This document shows positions 13,054 through 26,000 of a DNA stretch of 64,000 bases, one piece after another. Location of the stretch: the NCBI RefSeq assembly GCF_038025025.1, contig NW_027117345.1:186001-250000 (forward strand), written 5' to 3'. The position numbers and the translations under genes were made by a program. Position 1 is the first letter of the stretch. The number at the start of each line of letters is the position of its first letter. This DNA comes from Phyllosticta citribraziliensis. Lineage: Eukaryota. Below the pieces are notes generated by a model that was given only the letters and a program-made list of their open reading frames with translations, searched no databases and was not told the origin of the DNA.

Positions 13054-13789
13054 AGTGGCCGTTGGTGAGTCGAGAGCTTCCTTTATGGGTGCTCCTGTTT
13101 GGCTTTGATTCGGTCCCCTGTGGGCAGCTAGGGTGGCGCTTGCATGGGGTTTCAGTGCGAGTCTTTGATCTGTTCAAGGTGATGGGCGCAAGGAAGCTAG
13201 GATAGGACTTTTCACTCCCAGCTGGTCCATAGAGTAGCTCTTCTTCGTGGCTTTTTTTTCATGCGCCGGGACAGCTGGCAATTTCTTCGCAGAACTGGAA
13301 GGTTATGAGCGTACAATGGTGGTTACGGTTGACGGAAAAGAATATTCCCCCCCTGTACTGTAGTTGAAGAAATGGAGGTAGTGGCTAGGTAGTGTGGAAA
13401 ATATGATTTTGGTGATCTGGATATTGAGGAGCCGGAGCGGGAGTGACATCATGAACAAGGAGCATCAGGTTCCCCACCAGCCACACGGATAGAGGCGCGG
13501 CTTGCGGGCCGGCGACCTCCAGAGCTCGCGCCTCACGCCCACCTCCATCCCAGAACGACGCCTTGGCACAGACGCCGTCTTACGTGACCCCAGTCCGACG
13601 AGTACCTACAGTCCTCCCGTTTGATCTCTCCTCCTCATCTTCAAGCCGACACCTAGACATCGACATCGCGATCCCATCTACAGCCCGCCGCCCTCGTTTC
13701 CCAACATCATCCTCCACCATCCTCCACAAGGCCTCCGAGTCGACAAGCCACCTGCCGCCACCACCGCATAGAAGGCCGACATCGCCGCC

Positions 13790-16700
13790 ATGGGGGGACG
13801 CTGGGGAGGCTGTTTGCGACTGGTCACTCTGCTGCTGGCTGCACCACTGGCGGTGGAAGGCTTGACAACAGACAGTGGGCTCACACTCAAGCACGAGAAA
13901 GGCCGATGTGCCATCCGAGGCCACTGTGGCAGCCAGGGCTTCTTGAGCCCGCAGTTGCCATGCCCAGATAACGGACTTGCAAAAACGCCAGAGCCGGACG
14001 CGAGAGAAAAGCTGGTCTCCATCTGTGGCGAACAGTGGAAGGACACGGATGTGTGTTGCGAAGATGAGCAGGTCGGTTTGCGCATACCAATTTCACGAGG
14101 GCTAGCTAACGTGAGATAGTTGGACGCGCTCCAAACAAACCTCAAGCGCGCCGAGTCGCTCATATCCTCTTGTCCGGCTTGCAAGGAAAACTTCTTCAAC
14201 CTCTTTTGCACGTTTACTTGCTCGCCGGACCAGTCCCTCTTTGTAAATGTCACCAAAACAACGCCTAAAAGCGGAAAGCTTCTAGTGACGGAGCTGGACC
14301 ATCTGGTAACAGGTTCCTACGGTGACGGGTTTTATGAAAGTTGCAAGGACGTCAAGGTGGGCGCGACAAATGGAAATGCCATGGACCTCATTGGAGGCGG
14401 AGCCAAGAACTACACCCAAATGCTCAAGTTTCTAGGAGACAAGAAATTCCTCGGCAGCCCTTTCCAAATGAACTTTCCCAATCCAAACCACGATCGCTTT
14501 CCAGACATGGATCCAATGGACAAGGAGCCCAAGTTTTGCAACGACACGGACCCTAGCTACCGCTGTGCCTGCGTCGATTGCCCATCAGTCTGTCCCGCGC
14601 TCCCAGAGGTCCAGGAAGATCAAGAATGCAAAGTGGGCTTGCTGCCCTGCCTTTCGTTTGCAGTCATCATCATCTACTCGGTCTTCATCTTGCTTCTGAT
14701 CACTGCCGTCACTGGACACATTGCGGTCAAGCGGCATGAGAAGAACAAGCAGGAGCGTATGCGGCTGCTCCAAGACATTGAGCCCCGCGACGACGAGGAC
14801 GAGGGCGATGTTGTGCGCGCAGCTGGGATACTGGACACTCCAACCAGGAAATATCACCTGAACACCATATGCGACAAGCTGTTCAGTCGGCTGGGTTTCA
14901 TCGCTGCTGAATTTCCAGCCATGACCATCTTCATCAGCGTCCTGGTTGTGGGACTGCTCAGTCTTGGCTGGCTCAGGTTTGAAGTTGAGCGAGACCCAGT
15001 GCGCCTGTGGGTTGCGCCTGACTCGGATGCTGCTCGAGAAAAGGCATTTTTTGACGCCAACTTTGGGCCGTTTTACCGCGCTGAGCAGGCCTTTTTGGTG
15101 AACGAAACTGGCCCAGTTTTGAACTACGACACCCTGGCCTGGTGGTTTGACGTTGAGAAACGCGTCCAGCGCCTGCTTGCCGATGGTGACGTTACATTCG
15201 ACGACGTCTGCTTCAAGCCCACAGGGGACGCATGTGTCGTTCAGTCCGTCACAGGCTACTTTGGTGGTGAAATCTCCAATCTCAATCGTGAAACCTGGGA
15301 AAAGCAGCTCAGAGACTGCGCCGAATCGCCCGTGGACTGCCTGCCAGACTTTCAACAGCCTCTCAACCCTAACATGCTGTTTGGCGCCTGGAACAAGGAT
15401 GTTCTGGAAGCCAAGGCCCTGATTGTGACTTGGGTTGTCAACAACTATGCCGAAGGTACAGAAGAGGTCCAAAGAGCAGAGGTCTGGGAGGACAGTCTCA
15501 CGAGTCAGCTACACGCCATCCAGTACGAGGCCAAAGAGCGCGGCTTGCGAGTGTCTTTCAACACTGAGAGCAGCTTAGAGGAAGAGTTGAACAAGTCCAC
15601 GAACACGGACGCCAAAATTGTGGTCGTGAGTTACATCATTATGTTCCTCTATGCATCCCTCGCGCTCGGATCCACGACTTTAACGGTACGGTCCATCTTG
15701 CACAACCCTTCAAACGCTCTCGTCCAGTCCAAGTTCATGCTCGGCGTCGTGGGAATCGTCATTGTTCTCATGTCGGTTTCTGCCTCGGTTGGCCTCTTTT
15801 CTGCTGCGGGAATCAAGGTCACCCTGATCATTGCCGAAGTCATTCCCTTTTTGGTCCTCGCCGTCGGAGTGGACAACATTTTCCTCATTGTCCACGAGTT
15901 TGAGCGAGTCAACCTCAGCCATGCAGAGGGCACCGTCTCCGAGAGGGTTGCCAAGGCATTGGGCCGGATGGGTCCCAGCATTCTCTTATCCGCTACGACC
16001 GAGACTGTTGCTTTCGCATTGGGAGCTGCCGTGGGCATGCCAGCAGTGCGCAACTTTGCTGCCTATGCTGCTGGCGCCGTCTTCATCAATGCGCTCCTCC
16101 AAGTGACCATGTTCGTCTCCGTTCTAGCTCTTAATCAGCAGAGGGTTGAGGCAAGCCGCGCCGACTGTCTCCCCTGCCTTCGAGTTGGACGCGCGGATCC
16201 CGGTATGGTCGTCAATGGGGTTGTATACGGCGCAGAGGATGAGGGCACGCTTCAGAAATACATTCGCAGAGTCTATGCCCCGGCCCTCCTCGGAAAGAAA
16301 GCCAAGGTCGCCATCATTACGATATTCCTCGGCTTCTTTACTGCAGGCCTGGCCCTGATTCCAACGATGGAGCTTGGTCTTGACCAGCGGATCGCCATCC
16401 CAAGCGATTCGTACTTGATCAACTACTTTAACGATCTTTACGATTACTTTGGAGTTGGGCCCCCAGTCTACTTTGTCACGCAGGACGTCAATGTCACGGA
16501 GCGTCAGCACCAGCAAGAGCTTTGCGGACGGTTCTCAACCTGCAACGAGCTGTCCCTGTCCAACACCCTTGAGCAAGAGAGAAAGAGGCCCGAGACCTCG
16601 TACATTGCAGACGCCACAGCCAGTTGGATCGACGACTACTTCCTCTGGCTCAACCCGTCTTTGGACTCTTGCTGCGTCGACAAAAAGGGCCCCTTTGATG

Positions 16701-17751
16701 AAAAGGCCTGCTTCGCCGACCGTAACCCGCCCTGGAACCCGACTCTCAAGGGCATGCCCGAAGGCCAAGAATTCATCCACTACCTTGAGCGCTGGATCAA
16801 GGCTCCAACAACAGGCGAGTGTCCTCTGGCCGGCAAGGCTGCCTATGGCAATGCTCTCGTCATTGACAATTCGAGCTTGACCATCCCCGCATCCCATTTC
16901 CGCACTTCGCACACACCGCTGCGCAGCCAAAAGGACTTTATCGCCTCATACGCCTCGGCTCGACGCATCGCGTCGCAAATATCTGAACGCACGGGCGTGT
17001 CCGTCTTCCCCTACTCCAAATTCTACATCTTCTTCGACCAGTACGCCAGCATCGTGCGCGTGACGCTCACCCTCGTCGGGTCTGCACTAGCCATCATCTT
17101 CGCCGTGACATCGCTGCTGCTGGGGTCGCTGGCGACAGGCCTCGTGGTCGCACTGACAGTCGTCATGACGGTCGTCGACATCGCGGGCACCATGGCCGTG
17201 GCGGGCGTGTCGCTCAACGCCGTGTCGCTGGTCAACCTGATCATCTGCGTGGGCATCGGCGTCGAGTTCTGCGCGCACATTGCGCGCGCCTTCACGTTCC
17301 CGTCGCCGTCGCTGCTCGAGCGCGCGCCCAAGGCCCGCTTCCGCGCCCGCGACGCCCGCGCCTGGGCCGCCCTCGTCAACGTCGGCGGCTCCGTCTTCAC
17401 CGGCATCACCGTCACCAAGTTCCTCGGCGTCGCCGTGCTCGCCTTCACGCGCAGCAAGATCTTCGAAATCTACTACTTCCGCGTCTGGCTGAGCCTGGTC
17501 GTGTGGGCGGCGCTGCACGCGCTCGTCTTTTTGCCCGTCGCGCTGAGCTTGTTTGGTGGGAGAGGTGAGTTTGCTCTGTCCTTGCTTTCTTAAATTGACA
17601 GATGCACAATGCTAACATGCCATGCGATATCCCAGGCTACCTCGACGCCGAGGCCGAAGGCGGCATCGAGCAAGACCTGCGCGGGCGGCGCTACCCGGGC
17701 GGCTTGTACGCGGCGGACGGCGACGAGGACTACGACTCGGACGAGCTGTGA
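13790..17751 (+). CDS. NCR1: Niemann-Pick C1-like sterol transporter (patched / sterol-sensing domain); exons 13790-14071, 14120-17564, 17636-17751
   Basis: Signal peptide, Cys-rich NPC1 N-terminal domain (CPACKENFFNLFCTFTCSPDQS), SSD (IIAEVIPFLVLAVGVDNIF), many TM helices and GIGVEFCAHI. Two introns. Confidence 0.95.
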
Positions 17752-19463
17752 TGGGAGCCCTCGTGCCTGCGAACGTGCTCCTTCCATGGTCGAGAGAGTG
17801 ATGGATGCGTGGTTCTTCCGCTTCCTCCTATGGGTTCAATCCGCCTTATCATCGTCTTCCTCCTCTTCCCATTCTCCCCCTTCTTAGATGCTACATACAT
17901 GCTATTTCATAGATGAATAAATCCTCCTTTCTCTTTTCTCCTTCCTTTTTAATGAAAGGTCCTCGTAAGACAAAGGCAGAGGCAGAAGGTCGTCGAAATA
18001 AAGTTCTGGCCTGCCCCGCTTGCCTGCTTGCCTGCCTGCCTGCCTAACTGACTGACTGACTGACTGACTACCCACCCCTGTCAATTGGTCACATCACGCA
18101 TGCATGTCGCATGTGTACTGTATATCTCAGACAGACAACATCAGGCGTCCCTCGCGGACCGCGTGGGGGCTAGCTGGGTTTGCGATGGGCAGTACGCGGT
18201 ATGTGGTATGCGGCATGTGGTGTGCGGTTTGCCTGATGACGCGCTGCTAACTGAGCGGCTGACTGACGCTGTTGCTGTTGCTGTTGCTCTTTTGTGTCGT
18301 ATGACGACGGAATGAGGGCGATAGGGCGGTGTCACAGTGGTGGATGTCGGAAAAAGGCGACGGACCTGCGTTTGTGGCGGATAGGGAGGAAGGCAGGGAA
18401 GAGCGAGCACTGGGTTGTATAGTCGTAGATGGTAGAGATAGGAGTCGATGCATGTATATTTGTAGAAGAAGCTAAAAGGGAAAGAACAGGTGCAATGTCG
18501 AGAATAATGCGCAAGGATGCGGAAGGAGGGTGGGGGGTATAGATAAAAACGTGACTCGTGAAATCGAAGGAAGGGCTAAAACGGGTTGTGTTGCGAACGA
18601 AAAGGGAAAACAAGGATGGCGGTGGTGCTCTGGTATCTCCAACTCCTCCACTCGAGGAAAACATGTTCTTGATTCTTGCGTTCTCTCTCTCACACAAACT
18701 CTCTTTCTCTGGCTCTTTCCACAAAACAAAAAAGGAGGACGCACCCGACCCCTGCAACGGCCCATCCCGCTCCCGCGTCGTCCTGATTGGGCAGGCCGCG
18801 GCAGGATGGGATGACCCCCCGTCCGTCCGTTAGGTGCCGCCTTTTGACCGACCGACCGACCACACTCTTTCGTTTGCTTGCTCGACTACACCCGCGCGCG
18901 CGTCCACCCCGATCGAAAGCGAAGATTTTAAAAAAGTGACAACAGCTCGACTGGCGCCAGTGGCGGAGAAGACGCAGCTGGCTGGGCCATGCCGTCGCGA
19001 CCACCATGACACGAACGAAGAAAGGCGCGCGTGTCTGGCTCTCGACGCGTGGCCCAGCAAGTCGGTTCGCTCGCCACCGGCGCCAGAAATGGGCCTCTCG
19101 ACCATTAAAAGTTAAACAATAAAGGTGGACGAGAGACAAGAGGAGCCCGCCCGCCCTGTCTGTCTGTCTGAGTGACTGGCAGTAATGACGCGCCAAGCCT
19201 GGACAAAAAAACCGGCGAACAAGACAAGAAAGCCCAGCAAACGGCTGCCGCAGCCGGAACGCGCGTCGCTTAAAGTGCGGGTTTGGTTGGAGAAAGGACG
19301 AACGACGACGAAGACGACGACGACGACGATGAATGAAGGAATAAGTACAGACGGGATATAGCAGCAAAAAAGCAACAAAGCCTCTTCATTCATGACCGTA
19401 TATCAAAAACGACGACGACGACGACGGGGATAGTGGTCAAGACCAAGACAGTGGACGGGTTGC

Positions 19464-19931
19464 TCAGAGCACGAAGAAGCCGGCAGCGGCGGCCATGGCG
19501 GCAACGGCGGCGCCGCTGATTTGAAGAGCGCTGGCAGCGCCAGTGGGAGCCGGGCTGGCGCTGGCAGAAGCAGCAGCAGCGTTGACGCCCGCGGCACCGG
19601 CCGTCTGCGAGGCCTTGGAGGTGCCGTTGACGCCCTGGGTCGAGTTGGCGACGACGGAGAGGGTGGGGAAGCTGGAGACGGGCGTGGCGACGGCGGCGTG
19701 GATGTTGATGGGAGACGGCGTCGGCGTGACGACGGGGATGAGTTCGGTCGACGTCTCGAGCTCAACGCTGCTGAAATGCGTCTCGGTGATGACGTGGAGG
19801 ACGGTGCGGGTGCTGGTGGTGGTCGAGTAGCCGGTGGTGACTTGCGGGGCGGCGGCCAGGTCGAGCAATTGAGCAGCACCGAGGCTGGGGAGAGCGGCCA
19901 AAGCGGCGGCGGACAAGTAGGTGGCCTTCAT
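19464..19931 (-). CDS. Small secreted Ser/Thr/Ala-rich, probably GPI-anchored cell-wall protein (155 aa)
   Basis: Signal peptide MKATYLSAAALAALPSLGAA, S/T-rich body with NST and NGT sequons, and a hydrophobic C-terminus after small residues (TGAASALQISGAAVAAMAAAAGFFVL). Strong coding-type codon bias. Confidence 0.85.
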   Translation of the reverse strand: MKATYLSAAALAALPSLGAAQLLDLAAAPQVTTGYSTTTSTRTVLHVITETHFSSVELETSTELIPVVTPTPSPINIHAAVATPVSSFPTLSVVANSTQGVNGTSKASQTAGAAGVNAAAASASASPAPTGAASALQISGAAVAAMAAAAGFFVL

Positions 19932-22900
19932 GTTTGTGGGTAGGTAACGAATATTTTCCGAGAGGATGGGCGAGGTGACGCAGGTGGAGGACGAGCCTGA
20001 GGAGGATTGGAGTGCGGTCGCGAGATGGAATAAAAAGAGTGACTGGGTTCAAATTGGCAGAGAGCGACGGAGGAGCAGGCGAAACGGCGGTGGTGGAGCG
20101 AGGGACAGGGTCATTTTATCGTCGTGCGGCAGCCGAAATTGCGCTCAAGCGCCCTCGACACACGACCCAAACAGGAAACACACGATCCGTGCCATTGGCG
20201 GGCGCGTGTGGGGAGCGCGGGTCTGTCCGGCGCATGGTCTTGATTGGGCAAATGGGAGAGAGATTGCCAATCCTACAGGACAAGAGGGCAGAGTCGATGT
20301 GAGCCCAGCAGCCAAGTTTGCCACGGACTGGCCACTGGGTGTTTCTCAGGTCTTTCTCCAAGGAAGCACGCACCATCCATCGGGACCGTGGCGTTGTGCG
20401 ACTGTTGGACAACATGACATGACGGCCGTCTCTCGTGTCGCGAGGTAGCAGTCAACCTCCCGTCAGGAATGGATTACCCAACCGACTGTACTGTCGCATA
20501 CCGCTGCTCGCTTCCATCGGCCTTCGTCTCGTCGCCCCTTTCCGCCGGCCATGGGCATTGACAAGCAACCGAGTGGGACTCTTCTTGGCAACGACGAGTA
20601 GCGCCGAGAGTCCCCTTCGGTCTCGTCGGGTCAGGTCGATATTCGTATCTGCGCACGTGGAGCGCGGCGCCGCATCCATGTCTCACGACAGCGTTCGGGT
20701 CGCGTCTCCTGCGAAAGCACAGTTGCCATTTGCTTTGAAACAAGATGTAGGGTGGCATTGGCGCTGGCGGATCCCCCGCAAGCCTCGGTTCTGGTCCATG
20801 TGCTGCAGTTGGCGGCAGTCGTCGGCGGGTGTGGCGTGTGGTGTCGTGTTGTTGTTTTGTTTGCTGCAGTTGAGATCGGCCGGTGCCGAGTCAGCCTCAG
20901 CCTTGTTGGGCGCCTCGAAAGGGGGTCGCGAAAGGCGGTGAGTCCCTCCGTTTGCTGCCACAACACCACCTTTCTTCGACTCCTCTCCTTCTCGACCTTC
21001 TGCTGCACATCACCTCTGCAGATTGCGCACATCATCACCGCCATGCCAAGTCGATATTCTCATTTGCGCAAAATCATCTGTCAATCTGGACCAGCCAGAC
21101 CCGTCAATCAATAGATCTCTGATTCCCACCCGCACAGATGCCCATCATCTCACTCGCTCCCCTACCACTTTTACCAACTCCAACTCAAGTGCTCCAATCT
21201 TCTCGCGCTCGGCACTTGTTCTGGCTCCACCGACAGGCACCAACGAAAGCTGAAGAAAAGAGAAGGGAAGAAGCGCAAATCCGCCACCGCCAGGGCCGTC
21301 GTTCAACACCTGCAGCGTGCCGCCAGTAGGTACCATCCATCGCAGACCGCTGCTCCAACACTTCGTCGACCGACCTTCTCCTCCTGATGCGCTCACCAGC
21401 GGCAAAGCAGAGCACGGCACACCGAAAAACACCAGCCAGGCTCGGCGCTCCTCACGGCCGTTTTGCTGCCACCAACCTCGCTCTGCTCGCACCACCTCCT
21501 CTTCCATTTCACCATGTCCCATCCCGACTCCCGACCGCCGCCAACTCATCCCTGCCGGCTCCTCACCAAAATCTTTTCATCCTTCCGTTCGGTCGGTCAA
21601 GTCGGCCGCCGGCCGCTTGCTCGCCCCCGCCCCGTTAATGCACCGTTGAAGATCACCATTTCGCCTTGTCCGCCTGCCCGGTCGGGTCGGTTCACGGCCT
21701 TGCCTTGCCTCTTTTTCTCTCAGTGCTCCCCGTGCGTCTGCTGCTCCCGAGAACAGTCCCAGTCTTGTTCCCAGTCACTCGTTCCACTTTCTTTCGCGCC
21801 GTGGTTGCGGTCAGAGTCGGTCGGTCTGTCTGTCAAACTCGTACTCGCCCGTCCCAACTCAGCCCTACCCAAGATCCACGCCGAAGAAGGCGCTTCGAAG
21901 GAAAAATCTTTCTTTTGTTGTTCGGAGCTTTTCCGTGGAGGCGCTCTTGCCCTTCGTTCGCCGGCTCTGGTTCAGCTGCGCTGCTCAAAGCACATCACTT
22001 GGCCCCTGTGCGAAGATGCCCTTCACTCCTGTCCAGTCTGGAGTCCCGAGCGCCATTGACGCGTGCCAGCGCGCTGACATGCTCAAGGCTACTTTTAGCA
22101 AAGGATGTGATGCTATGGCGACAAGTAGGCAAGATGATGGGCAGGAAGGAAACAGGTAGGTAGGTCGCGTTGATCTCAATCCCTAGTCTTTGTAGCCCCC
22201 AAAGTGCATATTCTCGGAGACCTCCCATTGTGTTCTGGGCCCTAAAAGCTCACTTGCTACCCGCGCATCTAAAATAATGTCCACATGGCATCCCGCAATC
22301 ACATGTGCCACGAGAATTGGTGTCTCCTCTATCCAATCCACTCTTGGGGAAGAATCAGCAGGCCGGGTGCGCAGGCGGACACTTCCGACTTCACATCACG
22401 CATGTCGACTGCGAGAAAGAGCAAAGATGCACACGTGGACAGGTAGGGAGATTGATAGGCAAACGGATACATCCATGATGCGTAGTGGTGGGTGAACATT
22501 CATGTCCAGTGCCACCACCTTCCTGCAACACAATTTCAACGCGTTGCTATTTTTTAGAATCGCAGCATTTCTTCGAATGTGGAAATATGCAAACCGCTCG
22601 AATGCTGACAACTGCCTGGCTCGCCTGCAATGTCGCTTTGCGTTGATGGCTTACTCGACCTCACACAGCGTGAGTGCATCAACTGCGAGATTCTCCGCCT
22701 CATTGCCAGCACAGTTCTTGTTTCAACTGCACGCATGTAGCCTTCTCTACGTTGATGTAGGTGGCTGCGCAGAGGTGTTGAGATGCCAGGTCAGACGAGG
22801 CGCGACTGCCTCTCCATAGCGACTGCCTTTTCGGGGCACCTGCCTGCTCACCACCCTTCAGTTTCGCCACGCACACCTCACAACCTCAACCTTCTCTCAC

Positions 22901-23022
22901 CTTTCCCTCTCCCACAAACTTTTCCGTCACCTCATTCCCAATCCTCATCTCAGTTTTCAACCATCCATCTCGACGAGCTTCCTTCTCGCATTCACTGAGC
23001 CCTCTCAACCAAGACATGAACA

Positions 23023-26000
23023 ATGGCTTCGGTTGACGACATGGAGGAAGCCATGCCACAAACTCGCTACCTCAACCGACCCAAGTCCTCGGGCAGGTCT
23101 CTCGACGACGGCTTCAAATTCAGCCAGGCCCAACGTCGGGAAATTGACTTCGTCGGCCCACGACGTCGAGCCGGTCGTGATGCCGCTCTCGACACGGCTC
23201 CGAGAGCAAGTTCTGCTTCCAACAGACCAGGTACTAGTGCTCTGATATGCATGCCATTGGCAGTTGCTGACGATCGTCTCGCAGAATTACCCTCCACCCG
23301 AGAGATGAACATTGAGCCCAAGACGGGTGAACGTTTCCAGGAGCAGGGAGCTCTGCAGCCTCGGACAGCCGCAACCCAGAGCAAGATGGACGACAACAAG
23401 AATCTCAACACATCTGAAACGGCCATAGATGAGCTTGCTCAGCTTGAGCCCTTGGATAGTGTCGCATCAAAGTCACCTCCATCCACCTCCCTCGGCGTTC
23501 CGAATGTCTTTTCAAACACTCCACTACCCACAATGCCTGACACGCCCTTGGAACCACAATCTACTTCTTCAGAGACGTGCAACAGCTCAGTTCATAAACC
23601 TGTGATGGTGGGACATGACAGTGTGGATCAACCCCTCAAGACGACTATGACATTGGAGCCCATTCCGGAGGTTGACGGAGAAGACGAAAATTCCATTGAT
23701 CTCTCGCACATTCCCACAAGCAGGAGGCAAGATGTCAGCATGAGTGGTGAACAGACTGCCGGCAAACGTCTTCCAATTGCTGGTCTCACGATCGAGCATA
23801 CACCGGCTCAAACTTTTGCAGCCCGGAATGAGCCAAACTGTCCACTGAATCCACTTGCGGAGGGACGGCCTTCAAGCAATGCCAAGCCTCCATCGCAAGG
23901 TACCAAACGAATGAACGATAGTGGCACAGCCCGTACGCACGCCCCGATCCATCCAGGCAGGGACCGATTCAGAGTTTCAAAACAGAGTTCCAGCCGCCAA
24001 CAAAGCGTCCCATTGCCTCGTCGACGAAACCAGCCAAGCGGGTGGTCGAAAAAGGAGCAACAGGACCAGTTCCCTTCCCCCGAAGAGGTCCTTCAGTTCT
24101 TGAAGTTTGCTGTGGCCAATGAAAGTGCACAGATCATTAAAGCCCAGAGGGCCCAGTATGAAGAGGAGAACGACGAAGACCGCGAAAGGCATCGCTTGGA
24201 ACTTCAGGAGGCACTTTCGCGGCTCACGAGGGTTAGCACAGAGCGGGATGACCTGGACGCAAGAATCAAAGACCATCAGGCCGAGCTCCAGGAAGCTCAT
24301 AAGGCTCTTGAAGCCTTTGAAAGGGCCAAAAAGGAAATCGAAGCTCAGGCGGCTGCCAAAACCCGTGATCTTGCCGCGCAGAAACAGTCCATCGCAGATC
24401 TCCAAAAGCAAATTGGTGCAGCTCGAAAAAAGGGCAACATGGCTGCGATGCTGGAGGCATCCTGTCATCCACTTCAGAACGGCATCGACGCCATTCGCTC
24501 CCAACTCGAGGCTCTTCAAAAAGAGCATCAGTCGAAGCAGGATGCTTCTGGGATCTTGAAAGGTGTGAAACAAATCAAGACATCTGCCAACCAGCTACCT
24601 CGCGTATTGACCAAGGCGCGAACGTCATTGGATCAACTCACTGAAAGGTAAGGTTCTTCCATGATTTGGAAATGACCAAGACTGACAATCACAGAATTGG
24701 GTCCTGTATCGAGGTGTCTGGCCAGGAGACGCTCGAATTCAAGGAATCAATCTCGTCTTTGAAAGAGTACTTCAGCACAGAGATCAAGGCAGCACGCGAG
24801 GAACTGTCTTCTCAGCAGGAACTTCAGGAGCAGTGCACCGAGTTGCGCAAAGAAAACGCCACCCTGACTGAGCGCATTACCGGGCTCCAACAGAAGGCAG
24901 CGGATGCCAAAAGACAAATGGAAGCGTCCTCGAGCAGTGACACAACTCTTCAACAGACTGTCCAAGAGCGACAGAGACTGAGGGAGCTCGAGGCGAGTCA
25001 GACACGTCTTCAGGCGGACTTGGATGCGGTTCGTTCCGAGCTTCAGTTAAAGCAGGGTGACCTTGAATCTCGTTCGAAGTCTGAGAAGGAGCTGCAAGGA
25101 AGAATTGTGGACCTGGAGGTATGTATCCGCAACTGCATTGACTTTCCATGCTAATCTGTTCCCAGAAACAGGCTTCCCTGTCCAGTAATGAGAAACTCAA
25201 GATGGAAGTAAGAATTCACAAGCTCGTGGAGAGACATTTCTGACATGTTTCAGTACGAGAAGAAGTTGAATGACGAAAGGGCCCAGTTCTCACGGGATTC
25301 AAAGTCAGTTGCGGCGCAGCAGCGTGCCCACTATGAAAACAGGCTACGTGAGGCCGAGGAAGAAATCAAACGTTTCGAGGAGGAGTTTAACAAGGTCTCT
25401 GGACCGAACTCTACCGTCAAAAGGCAGGAAGATGAAATCAGAGAGCTCAGTCGACAGCTCAGAGCCCAGGAAACCAAGAAGATGAGCCTCAAGGGCGAGC
25501 AAAGCGCTTCCTCCGTTGAGCTCGCCACTTTGCGTTCCCAGGCAGAAGAACATGAGAACGAGCTGCAGAAGTCTCATGAAAAAGCTCTTGCCGCGGAGAG
25601 AGGCCGACAAGAAATCCAGTCAGAGCTTGAAAAGACCAAGGAGGCACTGGAGAAAGCCACCACATCCACACCGTGCTTCGAAGATTTTGAACGGCTTGAA
25701 GAGCTCGAGAGGCAAGTCCTGGAGGCCGCGGAGACGGAAAGATCCCTTCTCAAGCAGTTGAAAGATGCCGACGACAATGCAAAGAATTTCGTGGAACGAG
25801 GCATCGCGGAGGGAAAGGACGTTTGGACCATGGAGCACTACGAAGTCGAGCAAGAATGGAAGGGTTCCAAAGCCAGGTACGAAACGGAACAAGAGCACCT
25901 CCAGGTCGAGCTTTATCTGCACCATGACAGGAACCGATATCTCGAGAAGGAGAATAAGAAGCTTCGGCAACAGATTGAAGAAAACAAGGATCGGGAAACT

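Noticed and set aside
19464..19931. Secreted protein as the DUF3328 substrate
   Set aside because: It has no dibasic repeats, lies about 15 kb away, and looks like a standard GPI cell-wall protein.
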